A stretch of DNA of 64,000 bases, from assembly GCA_002811645.1 (NCBI GenBank), contig PDIP01000060.1, positions 62,001 through 126,000 on the forward strand, written 5' to 3'. This stretch comes from Corallochytrium limacisporum Hawaii (Eukaryota; Protista; Pluriformea). Position 1 is the first letter of the stretch; each line of letters begins with the position of its first letter. Under the pieces are notes generated by a model. It was not told the origin of the DNA. It worked only from the letters and a program-made list of their open reading frames with translations, and searched no databases. A program made the translations under genes and the position numbers. Below are positions 11,901-23,573 of the stretch, in pieces.

Positions 11901-13315
11901 AAATCGACGAGCTCGTCGAAAAAGTACCGTTCGTTCAACGTCATGGTTACGTTCACATCCACGGGTAAAACGTCGCCGTCTTTTGGTTGAACAAGCACCA
12001 TGCTACTGCTGTCCGCCAGGCGGACGTACATCTGATCAGTTGTATCGCCTCCACCCGTCATCGTATAGGTGAAGGTTTCGGGGCCATTATCTGCATCTGA
12101 GGAGCGTACCCGATTTGACTGATCCGCACTGTAGGTGAGTTTAGCCTGCATCAAGAACTGGTCAGTGGCCAATTTGCGATTATCCTTGAGCACCACGTAG
12201 ACCCGGCCATTCATCCACTCCAGGATCGCGGCAGGAACTCTGTACAGGCGCGGATCTTCAGCAAAATTAGGGCCAACCAGGGACAGATCGGGTTGTTCCA
12301 GGCAGGGCGGCTCGACCACGTTGGCGCAAGAGCCATCTACTGCCAAGTCTGTGACTCCCAGGTCCAGTTCACTCTCATCGCCAGCGATCTGAGTGCAAAC
12401 TGGAGTTGTCAGCTGATTCATGTTCTGAACTGTCTTCGTGTAGCGCAGAGCTTGTAGGTCAACATCCGAATTCGCCGTCTTGCCATTGACACTACTCAAT
12501 TCGTCACACCGACCGCCGTTCGGATAGAGCGGGTTCGCGACAAAGTCGGTGATGTACTGCGCTCCCGTCTCCGGACTTACCATCTGGACATCTCCGATTC
12601 TGTCAAATTGGGGATCAATCAGGCTGAGGCGGGTAAGGGGATTAGTACTCCGTACCCGCCTTGAGCCCTGGAGTCCGGTCCCGGGCACCGCCGTGAAAGC
12701 AAACCACCCGCAGTTCTGGCCATTGCGCTCCTGAATCAGATTGCTTGCGGGAATGGTACGCTCAGTACCACCACCCTGAATGTCCAGTGGTCTGGTGTCA
12801 TCACACCGCACACCAGTCACTACAATATCCGTCGGCGCTGAGCCCTCTGGTACGGTCAAACTGACCTGTGTCTTGTCCTCGTTCAGTTCAGCGCTAAGTG
12901 CGACCTGCTCTGTCTCTTCGTTCACAAACGGTAGCTGGAACCTTACCCCGTTACCGCTACCAAATTCTATCGTTATCGAATTGAACTCATCGGTGGGTGG
13001 CGTTGAAGGCTTCAACAGCACAATTCCCGGTACCTGTACGTTGCCACAGATGGGTTGCCCGGTACTACATGTCACGCCTGCGTCACTAGCAATTGGCTGT
13101 CCTGTGAAAGGATTGAGGCATTCAAACTCAAGATCCCGACCTGTCGGCGCAACCAAGCAAATGGTTGTCTCCGTGACGTCCCGCCCCGCTTCATTATTCT
13201 GGATTGTAATGGCAACGTTGCCGTCGCCAAAATCTAGTTTATCCTGTACTCCCGGCGCGGCTTGCACAGCAAGTGAACTGGCCGCCACCGTGGCCAATAC
13301 CGTTGCTGACCACAT
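8951..13315 (-). CDS. Receptor-type protein tyrosine phosphatase (signal peptide, large ectodomain, single TM, active D1 plus degenerate D2)
   Basis: ATG at 13315 begins a signal peptide (MWSATVLATVAASSLAVQA). TM IAAIIGGIAGGVVLVAGLSFFVV is followed by RKRK. D1 has KNRY, DYINAS, YIAAQGP, DFWRM, KCHRYWP, WPDHGVP, VHCSAGVGRTG (HCSAGVGRTG at 9998-10027) and QTEEQY. A C-terminal D2-like region lacks the catalytic Cys (GPVVLLDGG; RPGALQTKAQ). Confidence 0.95.
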   Translation of the reverse strand: MWSATVLATVAASSLAVQAAPGVQDKLDFGDGNVAITIQNNEAGRDVTETTICLVAPTGRDLEFECLNPFTGQPIASDAGVTCSTGQPICGNVQVPGIVLLKPSTPPTDEFNSITIEFGSGNGVRFQLPFVNEETEQVALSAELNEDKTQVSLTVPEGSAPTDIVVTGVRCDDTRPLDIQGGGTERTIPASNLIQERNGQNCGWFAFTAVPGTGLQGSRRVRSTNPLTRLSLIDPQFDRIGDVQMVSPETGAQYITDFVANPLYPNGGRCDELSSVNGKTANSDVDLQALRYTKTVQNMNQLTTPVCTQIAGDESELDLGVTDLAVDGSCANVVEPPCLEQPDLSLVGPNFAEDPRLYRVPAAILEWMNGRVYVVLKDNRKLATDQFLMQAKLTYSADQSNRVRSSDADNGPETFTYTMTGGGDTTDQMYVRLADSSSMVLVQPKDGDVLPVDVNVTMTLNERYFFDELVDFPIPGIQENVDVVGRGCAPQQSMLGDTTATLYIEKDGSIGIGYGNDTVTEVGSGFASLAVVPNDNVLTDRQITTTCNKDASVPWNNVDSDVMLGIPYFSDCPGDGVRSVDYLMCTAPVYSGDELQAIVENVEGGNVHLANNTSEFSSDGPGKYTISYTYPNTIGSFAEPIVSCTVVGETGTPVETNVEVTLVSENSTDATCSFDINDLSRHETIKLSVLARYSEVQQDEEVPEDEEVPEDAETRRRRQTRAADGRTMDLSLTPAEFAQENVPGIMAQPTSGSGSSQEGDGGDSVPIAAIIGGIAGGVVLVAGLSFFVVRKRKSKASSAFSANSTSTYPLNGISVDGTPRHGRGLEPTPIPLKDFPQRYAMLKKDSCLEAADEFDALPNFEAEYSAEIGTLEHNLPKNRYGNIIPFDAKRVSLAPKTLIPPAAVINAKREDSAESAGSPYSVSVNGERSSDSSAGNQHHNAHAQKGDYINASYIPGYTSPQDYIAAQGPLPNTYGDFWRMCWNENTRVVMMVTKLEERGRIKCHRYWPTDKLLTERYDEFTVTWTHTHDFDVFVMRTFDVTNETTGEVREFFQLAYVNWPDHGVPNEVRGALSMIRMANHLQATGTEAQAHAPIVVHCSAGVGRTGTVIAIDVNLKRMRNGENIDVYHTVCELRRARTWMVQTEEQYVFVYDALMYAYNRRASHLSAKKFLKLHSSRSQRKNLSEKIMLDAQRDPNETRSMYNVSLASSSYNDSPMPMKRNRLALQDALQSQELMHGFVMPGMIKTDRVVVCKAPANESEAKALWTGLLHVQVGVLIDLENANRSMPFMPIESEGEMDTYGTTEVLLRRIGSSTEYPKGNRVKTMKTYELDVKGERAQEHCATIGLEVQERGHLAAAVNLIDQHFADNHSVIPYDCEDDSRAGPVVLLDGGREAPTAAVLAAAHWVLEHWRYEGVADPSEAVARIREERPGALQTKAQIEEFMDLLSTVAQRLL

Positions 13316-16300
13316 GTGGCTCCTCTGTTTGTGTATATATTCTCCCAGTTCTACGTCCAAAGTCCCGTAGCAAAATGAACCAATGGTCTCCAATTTTCAC
13401 GCTCACTTCTCTGGCATAGGTATGGCTGTTCCCGCTTCTTTTTCACTACTGTTCGAACGATTTAGGGGTTAAAAATTAAAACCAAGACCCCGGAAACATA
13501 TTATGTCGCTAATTCTGTATACTATGTCGCGATTCTCTGTAGCACTAAAATAATACAGGACCAAAATGATATCATAGTGACGGATCTCAAGTAACTGGGT
13601 GTCAAGGGCCATTTCGCCGTCCACGGTTACTAAAGTAAGGATCATTTGAGGTAAAGTAAACGAACAAACCTGTCTTCACATGTCAGAGAGCCCTGGTCAT
13701 GTGGTTTCACCCAGTTTTCGCGCTCCGGTGCCGGTCGCGCAGCTTTGAAACACAGCCCAACGGTGCTCGAAACAAAGCCAACCGCGCAGCCCACCCCCGA
13801 GCATCGACTCAGCCAAAAACGCCACGGGCCACAAAAGCCAGAGAACACATCACCGGCTTTAATGTGCGGGGCCATCTCTCCCCTCTTCTGTTCCCTTCTT
13901 CTCCCCCCTCTCCCAATCCCTCCTTCTCCTTCTCCGCTTAAAAAGGACATCGCCTGGCCCCTTCCATTTCACGCTCCCCCTCCCGTTACGGTACATGTTC
14001 GCGCGGAGCGGTCGGAAACATACATAACGTATGGAACAAATTCGCGGAGGGAACAGTCCCGGAAAAGTCTCTCTCTCTCTCTCTAGACCCCCGAAGACAG
14101 GCGCAGGAAAAGGCCAGCACGCGAAGGAAATATTTTTTTGGAAGGACCGAAAACTAGAGAGAAACTTTTAGAGAAGACCCGGGGGAGCCAAGGAAGAGGG
14201 GAAAGCACATACAGAGAGAGAGCGTGTGTGTGTGTGTGAGAGCAATAGAGAATGAACTAAGAAAATGGAAAGGGGGGGGGAGGGGGTGCAGGCTTGAAAA
14301 CTTGGCGTAGACCCCCCCCCAAGCGGCCTCTTTTTTCATTTTTCTGCCGGGGTCTCGTTGCCGCCCCTCATTTTTTCTGGCACTCCTGCGTGTATTTATT
14401 AAAATTTTCATACGTTCCGTGGGCGCGGCGGGAGCTGCTGTGGTTGGTGGAATTCTCAACGATGTCCGCCCTCACATCGTACCTGCCCCATCTACGCAGA
14501 GTAATTATCAATGCCCATCAATCGAAAGGCATACATTTACTTGGAAAATTAGGATATAATGATGCGAGTCATCTATCGTTCCTGGGTCTGTGCAAGGAAT
14601 TCGGCTGGAAAGAAGGGCGTACGTTCTTCGGGAGACAGGGGAGAGGGGAAGGGACCGCGGAGGGGGGTACGGTAGGGTAGGGAGGGTGATATCAATGGAT
14701 TCCTTTTTGTTTCTTTTCCACCGTTACTCCTTCCCCACCGATCCTCCTCCTTCCCCCCCCCCACCCCTCCTCTCCTCCGCTTCCCCTTTTGCGCTCTCGC
14801 CTTCTCTCTCTCTCCCCCCCCTTTGGCTGCGGTGTGAGAAGCGCAGAAGTAGAGGGGCGTCCTGTGCATTGTCCAGTAATGAAAGTATGGAAAATCTCGC
14901 ACACAAAGGTACGACTCTCCTCTCTACGCTCGAACCAAACAAGGGATTGCAGCAGCGTAGCTTGTCGCTGGAACGCTGCTTGTGTGAGAGCGCCGCCAGC
15001 AAAAATGATTTCACTTCCATCCGCCGCTAAACTGGTAAAATGACAGTACATTAACTATAAAAATATCACCGAGTGGCACCAAGTTGAAACTGCGCCTGCT
15101 TGGATGGCCGAGAACGCTGGGAAGGGGGGGGGAACACAGGGAGGGCATGAAAGGGACTAGCGTGGCACTATAATTTCGGTTCTCCTGTTTGCAATGTTAA
15201 TATTTTGGGTACATTGTTGCGAATTCCATACCTGGTGTATGGGACCACCCTGCCCCCCTTTCTGGAGTGGGGGAGATCTCCCAGGGTGGCTTACACAGGA
15301 CCCGTGACGTCGTAGGCGCACCGGGATCACGCTGCCTGTCGGTACTTTCACTATAGACAGGGCGCCCCCAATTACGCAACACCTCACCAAAAATAAAAAG
15401 GAAATTACACACGGGTGGGAACGGGAAGGGAAGGGAACCCCCCCCCCGGGAGGGGGGGGGTGGGAGAGCACCGGGACACCGACTGAAGGACAGCCAGGAG
15501 AGAGAAATGCGGGAGAAGAGAGTTTCTCTGGGTGTAGTGGCCTACAGGGGGGGGGGGCAATACCGCAGGTACTACTCCGGTACGGTGGTCAGCGCGGGGG
15601 ATGGGGGGAGTGGGTTGGTGGTATGGAAAACCGCGGGGACGACACCATTTAAGTCCATGTCACTCGACCCCGTTTTGATACGAGGATGAGTAAGTTACCA
15701 AACAGCGTACTGGAATTACCATCTATTCGGTACCATCAGGTACCCCTGTGGACTGTCTTGCACCTATCACTCGTACCAAACCTTACGTCAGTACCAAAGA
15801 GGTCAGACCGAGGTCGGTTTTGGTTACTGATGTATACGTAAAGGTTAAAACTATCATATATTCAGTACCGGTTTGGAAACCTCATCGGAAAATTGGTAGG
15901 GCATGGAACGAATATCAAAAAAAGGGGCTGCCTTTGGGGGTCATTGTTGCGAACTAGGTATACTGAATTTACTGAATGGGACTGTTTGGAGCGTCAAAGA
16001 TTACCTTTTGTTGCTGTCGAACGAGAACTGGCGAGGGAGAGAAAGGGGAAAAAAAAAAGAAAGAACATTAATCAGGAGATAGCTGCCAGTCGCACTAGGG
16101 TCATAAATGGTCATTGAATTTGAACCGTGGAGAGACGGGAAAAAAGCGATGATTTATCATTTGTGCAAACTCTGCGAGATTTCAGCGTAGTGGTCTGGTA
16201 GGGTTTCTGGTAGTGAAGCAATGAGGGAAACAGACTACGTAACCGAAGAAGCCCCGGTGGAACTTGAGAATCAGGATACCTCCTGCCATTCCGTGGCCAG

Positions 16301-19300
16301 CAGTTTCCATATGCAATGGCCTATTAGTGTTAACGAGAGAATCATATCCATAAATTGGACTCCCCGATTCAACGATCGAGCGGAGGTAGTTCAGACACGG
16401 GTTAGAGGACCCGGGGAATGGGGGGAGGTGATCCAGGGGCCCCATTGCGCACCGTACCCTACTCCCTCCCCCCGCGCGAGGGGGGGCCCGACCTGGGACC
16501 GCACTAATCGTCCGCCTTCCCACCGATCTGGTGACCCAGAGCCAATATCAGGGCCAGCCAACGCATGCAGCTGTCGAAATCTTCTGACTTTTGGACTTGA
16601 CTTGCATAGGTAACAGATCCTCCCTGGTGGCTCAGTATCATGACCGCGCACAAAGACCTCCGCACTAGACACACTGGACACACTGATAGTGGGCCCGTGC
16701 TCGATGTAGACTTGATGGGGTCCGTATCTCTTGTCGTACAACAACTGAGAGAGGTCTAGATGGATATAACGTATCGGTTCGGGGTACTCCAGTCGTTAAA
16801 ACTCACAAGCAGGACGACAGTTTCTAACGACCGGGCATTCGCTTGCCATCGTTGCCATCTTCATCAACAAGAAGTTATCCACACCCATCATGGAAGGACA
16901 GGCACCCAACGACCAAAACACAAATAGGGTATGATCAAATCGTCAAGACTTCTAAGGTTACTGGATGTATAGATGATGATCCTTGGTGGATGACCGCATA
17001 TGAGCATGTCAGAGAGCATCGCATGTGTGGTGGTTGCAAATCAGACCATTGCTTCTCTCCATCACTTTGGGTTTGGAATAGTCCGGATTGACAAGAGCGA
17101 TGTGAAAATAGAACCCCGGATCTTGGGGTTATAGATGAAACATCTTGGAGGGGTTGTTCCCGGGGTGATTGCGGATTACCCTGCGGAACGATATACATGG
17201 CGGATGGGGCACTGGAACAAGAGAGCAGAGCCTTAGAGCCAGGGGCACTGCGACGGCTCCGCACCCGCACGCTAATGCGTAAAATCAACGCTATGGTCTG
17301 GCCTAAGTCGTCCACGAAACCCACTTATTGTCTTGTTCGAGGCATCCATGGTCCCCAATGTTCTTGTCCACGCTGGTGTGGTCGTCACCCCGACGGCATC
17401 ATGTCTCCCATGGTTGGTAGTAGTGATTGTCTGTTGCACTGCTAATGGCCCCTCAACTCTATATTATACAGCCAATCCCAGGTCATTGTGTCTCGGTAAT
17501 GTTACCACACTGACTACGGCCATGATGTACCATGGTATTAGAAACTTCGCAGTTACTGGGCAAGCAAGCGATGGCCACTTGTCCCGAGGGACTGTCAACT
17601 CGGTCCCCTTCGTCACGAATACCGATCCGCCCTCCGTCGGCTTCAGTGTCAAACCCATCGGCGGAAAGCCCTCCCCTTCCTCTGGCTTACTCTCCGTCTA
17701 TCCGTCCACAACCACGCTTTTAGTGCACAAACCCACGGCAAGTTCGGTCCGGTACATTGGCTACTGCTAGATGCCAAATATGGCCTGTGCCATCGTCATA
17801 TCACTCGTGGCTATCTTTGTACCCGCCCAAAACATTACAGCAACGATGTATGGCCTTAGTATAGGAAATGTAGGGGTGTAGGGGTCACCATATTATTGGT
17901 CGGTCAGACCACTCTGCTGCTCAGTATTTGGCGCCTGCCGCGGTTTTATAGTGAAAGTACCAGAATCTCCCCCACCCTTTTTCTCATATCGGGCTGGTTT
18001 ATTGTGGCTGTTTTATTAATATGACATATGCGCAAGGCCGGAAGTCTTTAAGATGAACTTACAGCTTTTCAACATCTTCTTGTGGTTCCACAAGTTTGCA
18101 GGATCACGAAAAGACCTGTATTAGTTTGTGGTTTCTCGCAACCAAGAAGTCGCCACAAGAAACCGAATCCCGTGACCGGCCCCCAGCTCGGAGGGTTCGG
18201 TTTTACACCTCAGCCGAAAAAAGTTGAACATTTACTATGGGCACTGCTGGGCACACGCCAGGGGGAGGACAACTCAACAAACCGGGCCTGTTCTCACAGT
18301 CATGGCATTACATAAGTTATCGGCCAAATACCTGGGAGACACATGTACGTAGGCTTCCTATTTCGACTACATCAGGGCAAGTAGTACCAGTTTCCTTCAC
18401 ACACTCGGCAGCGTTCAAGGGAACGACGAAGATTACAGTAACCATCAACGGGCACTCGCGTAACCAGATTTCCTCACAAACAGTCATCAAGCCTGCGATA
18501 TGGCATTCATGTGACTATGCAGCTGGGTATGTGTACATAGGCGTTGTTGTATGGGACCATTGTTTGGGGTAATGTTGATATCGGTGATGATTCCGCCAAA
18601 GTAAAACATCAACATTGGGTCTTTCCTAGATTTATCATCGTTGAATTTGTATTTATATGTTGATGGACCGCCGATGATGAAAGATTGGGTCAGTTTGTGT
18701 GTCTTCCTTCTCGCACTCCGCACCGCCCAGGGTGTGTCTTCTTGGTTTGCGGGTGTGGGCTGTCGCGCCATACGGGAGGGAGCAGAGAACGGCCATCTAG
18801 CACGTTCAGCCACGCGTACAACCACCACTTGCCTGATCTCCGCCACGGCACGACTAGTTGTTCTGTAGATGGCACTGAATATCTTCATGGATGTCCCAGT
18901 CTCTGCGGATGTTTGGTGCGTGTATTGTGTGTGTGTGTGTGTGTGATGTGTCACTGTCCTGGCATTCCAACACGAAAAACATGTATGACCAAGTACGGCC
19001 TCAAATCTCTCGCGAATTGCGGGGCCACTACTGTGGACCACCACTACTACCAAACCTTTATCATATTTGGATTACTACACCAATAACTTGGACCATAGAG
19101 CAGACGCCTATTCACACAGAGAAGAAGGAGTTTGCTCATGACCATGTGCTTCCTGCGAATACGAGGTCTACAATTTAGTCATAGTAATGCAAGAAAGCAG
19201 GTAGTTGTTGCCCACAACGAAGGTAAAAGGTCACAGTGCTGCCCCGCACAGCCTACTAAAAGCACATACTGGGAGCATATATTTATCACAAACAAAAAGT

Positions 19301-22300
19301 CATGCAACAAGATGACGGACATCATAATTCGAAGTCCAAAATTTCTACAGATAGCGCCATTTTCTAGCAGAACTTTGCATGCGGTTCATAGCAGGTAAAC
19401 AGGGCGGAGGCCAGCTCGGCAATCTGCGGTTCCTGGGTCCTGGTCCTCCTCTCAGCTGATCGGGTCACGCACAAACTCGAGGATGATTCCCGGCACAGAG
19501 CGGGGCCAGTGCAATGAGAGTGACGGAGTGCGAAAAAAAGTTAACATTTACGGCTCACGGCCAGTTAATCGCTATACAAAAAGTAGCGTACTCTCCAAGA
19601 GACAGAGGGCCAGACTAGTTTTCCCGGTTGCCGACGTGCTCAGACAGCGTGCCTCGGGATTTCTCCCTGTTGCAATTTTTTTTTCCTCGCACAACATACC
19701 AGAAAACACGGGAGGGTTTAGTGGGCGGATTTTAACCCGGGGCGTGAGGAGGAGAAGGGGGGGCGCATGTCAATTCGGCGACTATTATACTCATTTGGCA
19801 GGGCATTTTTCGTGCCGCCAGAGCAGTACTTTGTGTGGTCGGAAAAGATAGGAACGGAAGGGTTGGGGGGATGGGGAGAGAGAGAGAGAGAGACAGAGAG
19901 AGGAGAGAAGGAGGAGGAGAAATCGGAAAGGAATTTTCTTTGTTGCATTAAACACCGGTAAGGATGACACCTGAAGCAGTTCGCACACAAAGATAACTGC
20001 AGTAGTCATTGACCTTAGCGGTAAAAGCAAAGAAATACCTTCCTAAAGCAGGAGCGAAATTGACGGAGGGAGCACAGGCTATTGGAAGTGTGCGTAAAAA
20101 GGGATCGGAAGGCGCGAAGTGAAGCCATGGTTAAGGTATCGATGCCCGACTGAACGGTTTCTACAAACTATTCCACCAATCTGTCTCGGTACCGCAAGGT
20201 CCGGAGTTGCCGGGACCTTCGCCCCTCAGTATTAAATGTACTGAAGAATTTTTTACTCCAACGGCGGGAACATGAAAAGGAAACCTCTCTGTGACATCAC
20301 AAGCTTGGGGGGTGTGTACCTTGCCGGATTGATTAATCGTACCGTCACACTGAAAGGAAGAGCAAGGAGAGTATATGTTCTCAGTACTGCAACGGTGGCG
20401 GAGGGCAGAGGGGGAGGCATGGGCAAGAAAAAAGTTGCCGTTCTGGCGAGTTTCGGATAAACTGACAACGTCATGGCGGTTGATCGATTTTATCAAAATA
20501 CCGTATATAATATTTGTGTAAATGACATTTCTATATACTACATATATTTTCACTTTCCATATTTCGAACATAACTATATATTTGCCGTATATTGAAAATT
20601 CCTGTCCAAGCCCTCAGGAGCGTGACAGAGAGGAGAGGATAGCCACCCTATCAAAAGAACACCGGCGGGCAACATAAAAATATCCCCTAGGATTGATACA
20701 GAAATATACTGGGCTGGGGCAGTATCGAGATATCATGCAGTACATTCAATATAAACAATTGGGCATATTAGTGGCAAATTGAAACAGAGATATATACCTA
20801 TTTGCCTAGAACGGACAGTCAGGCCATACCGGAAATCGTCCGACTTGTGCGGTTGTGCAGATCGGGAAATCTAGTTTGATCCGTAAAGTTTTGGTAATAC
20901 TTTAACTATCGAAAACTTTTTAGCTCGTGCAATTAGAGGACAGACAGGAATGTGCTGGGGAACAAACTGTGGATCGTGAGGAACACCCTCGCATGCTCCA
21001 GAGGTAGTATCGTCCCCTTCCACGCAGTCCTATCAATAATTTTTGCAGTTGTTTCAGTATGCAAAATATCCCACCCACATATATCCCCTTCACATCTGAG
21101 AATAGGAACGGAGAACCGTGTCCTTGTCTCTGCATGCTATCGGTGGGACCCCGGGAAGAAAGTCGGGCAGCCCTGGGGAATGTGGTGCTCCATATAGGTC
21201 GTGACCCAGATGGTCCAGAACTACTGCTCGTAATGGTATGCTTTCTGTATTGCTTCTTTCCGATCACTTCTCCGGTTTACATTCAATTATGACATCATAA
21301 TCGACCCTAAGCAGTGGTCTGTGAATGTGTATCCGGGCGCCACGGGGTTGTGGGGGGAGAGGGGGGAAGGAGAAGTTAACAAGCAAAAACACAAAAACAA
21401 AATACCGCGAAGCGAGCGAGAGGAAGGCAATGTAACCAAGACTCCACGCATACCTCTACATATTCCACACCCACACAAACACCATAGCACGATACCGACC
21501 ATGAGACCAACAACACACACAGTTTAGGAAGATAGGAAGCAAAGCAACTGGGGCGACCACCCCAGAAGGAAGGGAGTGAGGGGGAGCGCAGGGAGAGAGA
21601 GAGCGAGCGAGCACGAGAGAGAAGAGAAAAAGTCACAACACGCACACCCCAGCATTCGATCTGCCAACCCCGCCCCTGTTTTGCTCGGCTGTACAACCCC
21701 TCTTAGCTTTATCTCCCGACCCCATCCTCCAGTTTTCCCTGTAATTTTCGCGTGGGGTTCGGGTTGGCCGAGTGTTCATATTTTTTTTTCCATCCGGCAC
21801 CGGAACTGTGTTATTTTTGGTGCAGTTGTACCATACCTCATTTTCGACAGCGCCGAAAGTCACATCAAAAAAATTATACTGAATATATCTATATCCATAG
21901 ACAATTTGAATAGCGGCTTACTACTGTGAGAAAATATGCTCCGCAGGACAGAGGGGGGAAAGGGGGACTCTGTGGCATTTTTGCTTTTCGTTTTTGGAAG
22001 GAATTTTCGGGTCCTCTCCGTTTGCAGACCCTCCGTTTCTCAGGAAATTTACAGGAGAAGGCCTGGGGAACACAATTTTTTTTCCTTGAAAAATGCGGGA
22101 AGTTAATACTTGGACCCAGCCACTCGATGGAGAGAGCGGGAAGAAACGAGTGTCTTCAGCGCTCGAGGGAGGGGTGAGAGGACACCGAGGGGAAAGCGGA
22201 GAGCCGGAACCAATTATTGACCAGCCGTAAAATATAAGCAGTCTCCAAGTCTTTGTCAGACTGTCCACAAACACCACCGCAGTGGCACAAGGGGACGAAC

Positions 22301-22584
22301 GCGCCACATTCGTCACTTTGTTGAAACTTTGATACCACACGTCGGAAACTTTTAGTGGATCTTCACGTCAGATTCGTATCGGACAGTAAGCTACATCAGA
22401 TCTGTATCTCGATGAATAGCAACTCTGGTACTCGTGAATTATGAACATCTGGACTGGGTATCTAGAAATAACTTTTAAGAGCAAAGAACTGAACGACAAC
22501 ACTCGTGATATATATAATTTTCAAGCGTATATACTTACACGGAAAACTGGAACTCAACATACAAGAACGGATTTATAAAGAACC

Positions 22585-23187
22585 ATGGGCATTCTCAAGA
22601 TGATTCGCCGCCGGGCAAGCCGGAGCCATTCCAGCGAAGTCGAAGTCGTGCCCGAAGTCAAGGTCGCCGAAGTTGACTTTGCTGAGGTAGAGGAGTCTAC
22701 ACAGCAGACAAACACAACAGAGAGCAACGAAAAAATTGGACCGCAGAGCCCTGAAGTCATTGAAATTGATACTACCGATAGTGACGAAAACATGCACCCT
22801 AGAATTCAGGCTGTTGCCACCATCCGTAAGACGCGGGCGTCTGAGGCTGTAATGGTTGCGGAATTGGACAAGGTACACGGTCGTCATGTGACCTTTAATC
22901 AGAGTGTTATGCGCTACTCTGCACCGAACCACAACGTTCTCGGGGAAGTTCACTGCGACAACGAGGACCCCATGCTCGAGGAGATCAGCACTTTCCTACT
23001 TGATTGTGAATTTGACATTGAGGAACACACAACCCTAAAGGCCATTCTGCACAACTGCCGGCATGAATACTACAAGTATGTTGTGGACGTGTACGAGGCC
23101 GCGCAGGCGCGGCCCGAGTGCGTCCGCGCTGACTTTTACACTGCAGTGATTCGGCGCCGTATGTTCCCTCACAATGACTATGAGTAG
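22585..23187 (+). CDS. Hypothetical 200-aa protein with RVxF-type motif
   Basis: ATG in a good context (aaccATGG), coding-like composition, AT-richer flanks. No family recognised. Confidence 0.7.
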   Translation: MGILKMIRRRASRSHSSEVEVVPEVKVAEVDFAEVEESTQQTNTTESNEKIGPQSPEVIEIDTTDSDENMHPRIQAVATIRKTRASEAVMVAELDKVHGRHVTFNQSVMRYSAPNHNVLGEVHCDNEDPMLEEISTFLLDCEFDIEEHTTLKAILHNCRHEYYKYVVDVYEAAQARPECVRADFYTAVIRRRMFPHNDYE

Positions 23188-23364
23188 TTCCCATCCTTGA
23201 CCGATCAGGGAGTGTATGAAAAATCTTAAATGCAAGTAGACGATTAAAAACCTAATTTCATTTGTATGTTAAAGTAAGAGATAGAGTTCCGTCATTAGGG
23301 TCGTCGTGATCTCAGCAGAGTATATTCCTGCTGCACATTGTCGCTTTCTACTTCCGAATGATGT

Positions 23365-23573
23365 CGAAGAATGGTTGATGGCAGTCACATCGAAGAAGGG
23401 TTGATGGCAGTCACATCGAAGAATGGTTGATGGCAGTCACATCGAAGAATGGTTGATGGCAGTCACATCGAAGAATGGTTGATGGCAGTCACATCGAAGA
23501 ATGGTTGATGGCAGTCACATCGAAGAATGGTTGATGGTAGTCACATCGAAGAATGATTGATGGCAGTCAACAT
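23365..23573 (+). repeat. Minisatellite: 8 copies of 26-bp CGAAGAATGGTTGATGGCAGTCACAT
   Basis: Head-to-tail copies with no spacers; small variants in copies 2, 7 and 8. Confidence 0.97.

Noticed and set aside
13316-13393. N-terminal 26-codon extension of the RPTP ORF from TTG 13393
   Set aside because: Non-ATG start; the signal peptide begins at ATG 13315.
16200-18000. Possible retroelement or pseudogene remnant (medium ORFs on both strands, TGGCGCC near 17929)
   Set aside because: No gag, protease, RT, integrase or transposase motifs, no LTR/TIR pair, and the PBS-like match is too short.
23365-23573. CRISPR-like array
   Set aside because: Repeats are directly adjacent with no unique spacers, there are no cas genes and the context is eukaryotic.
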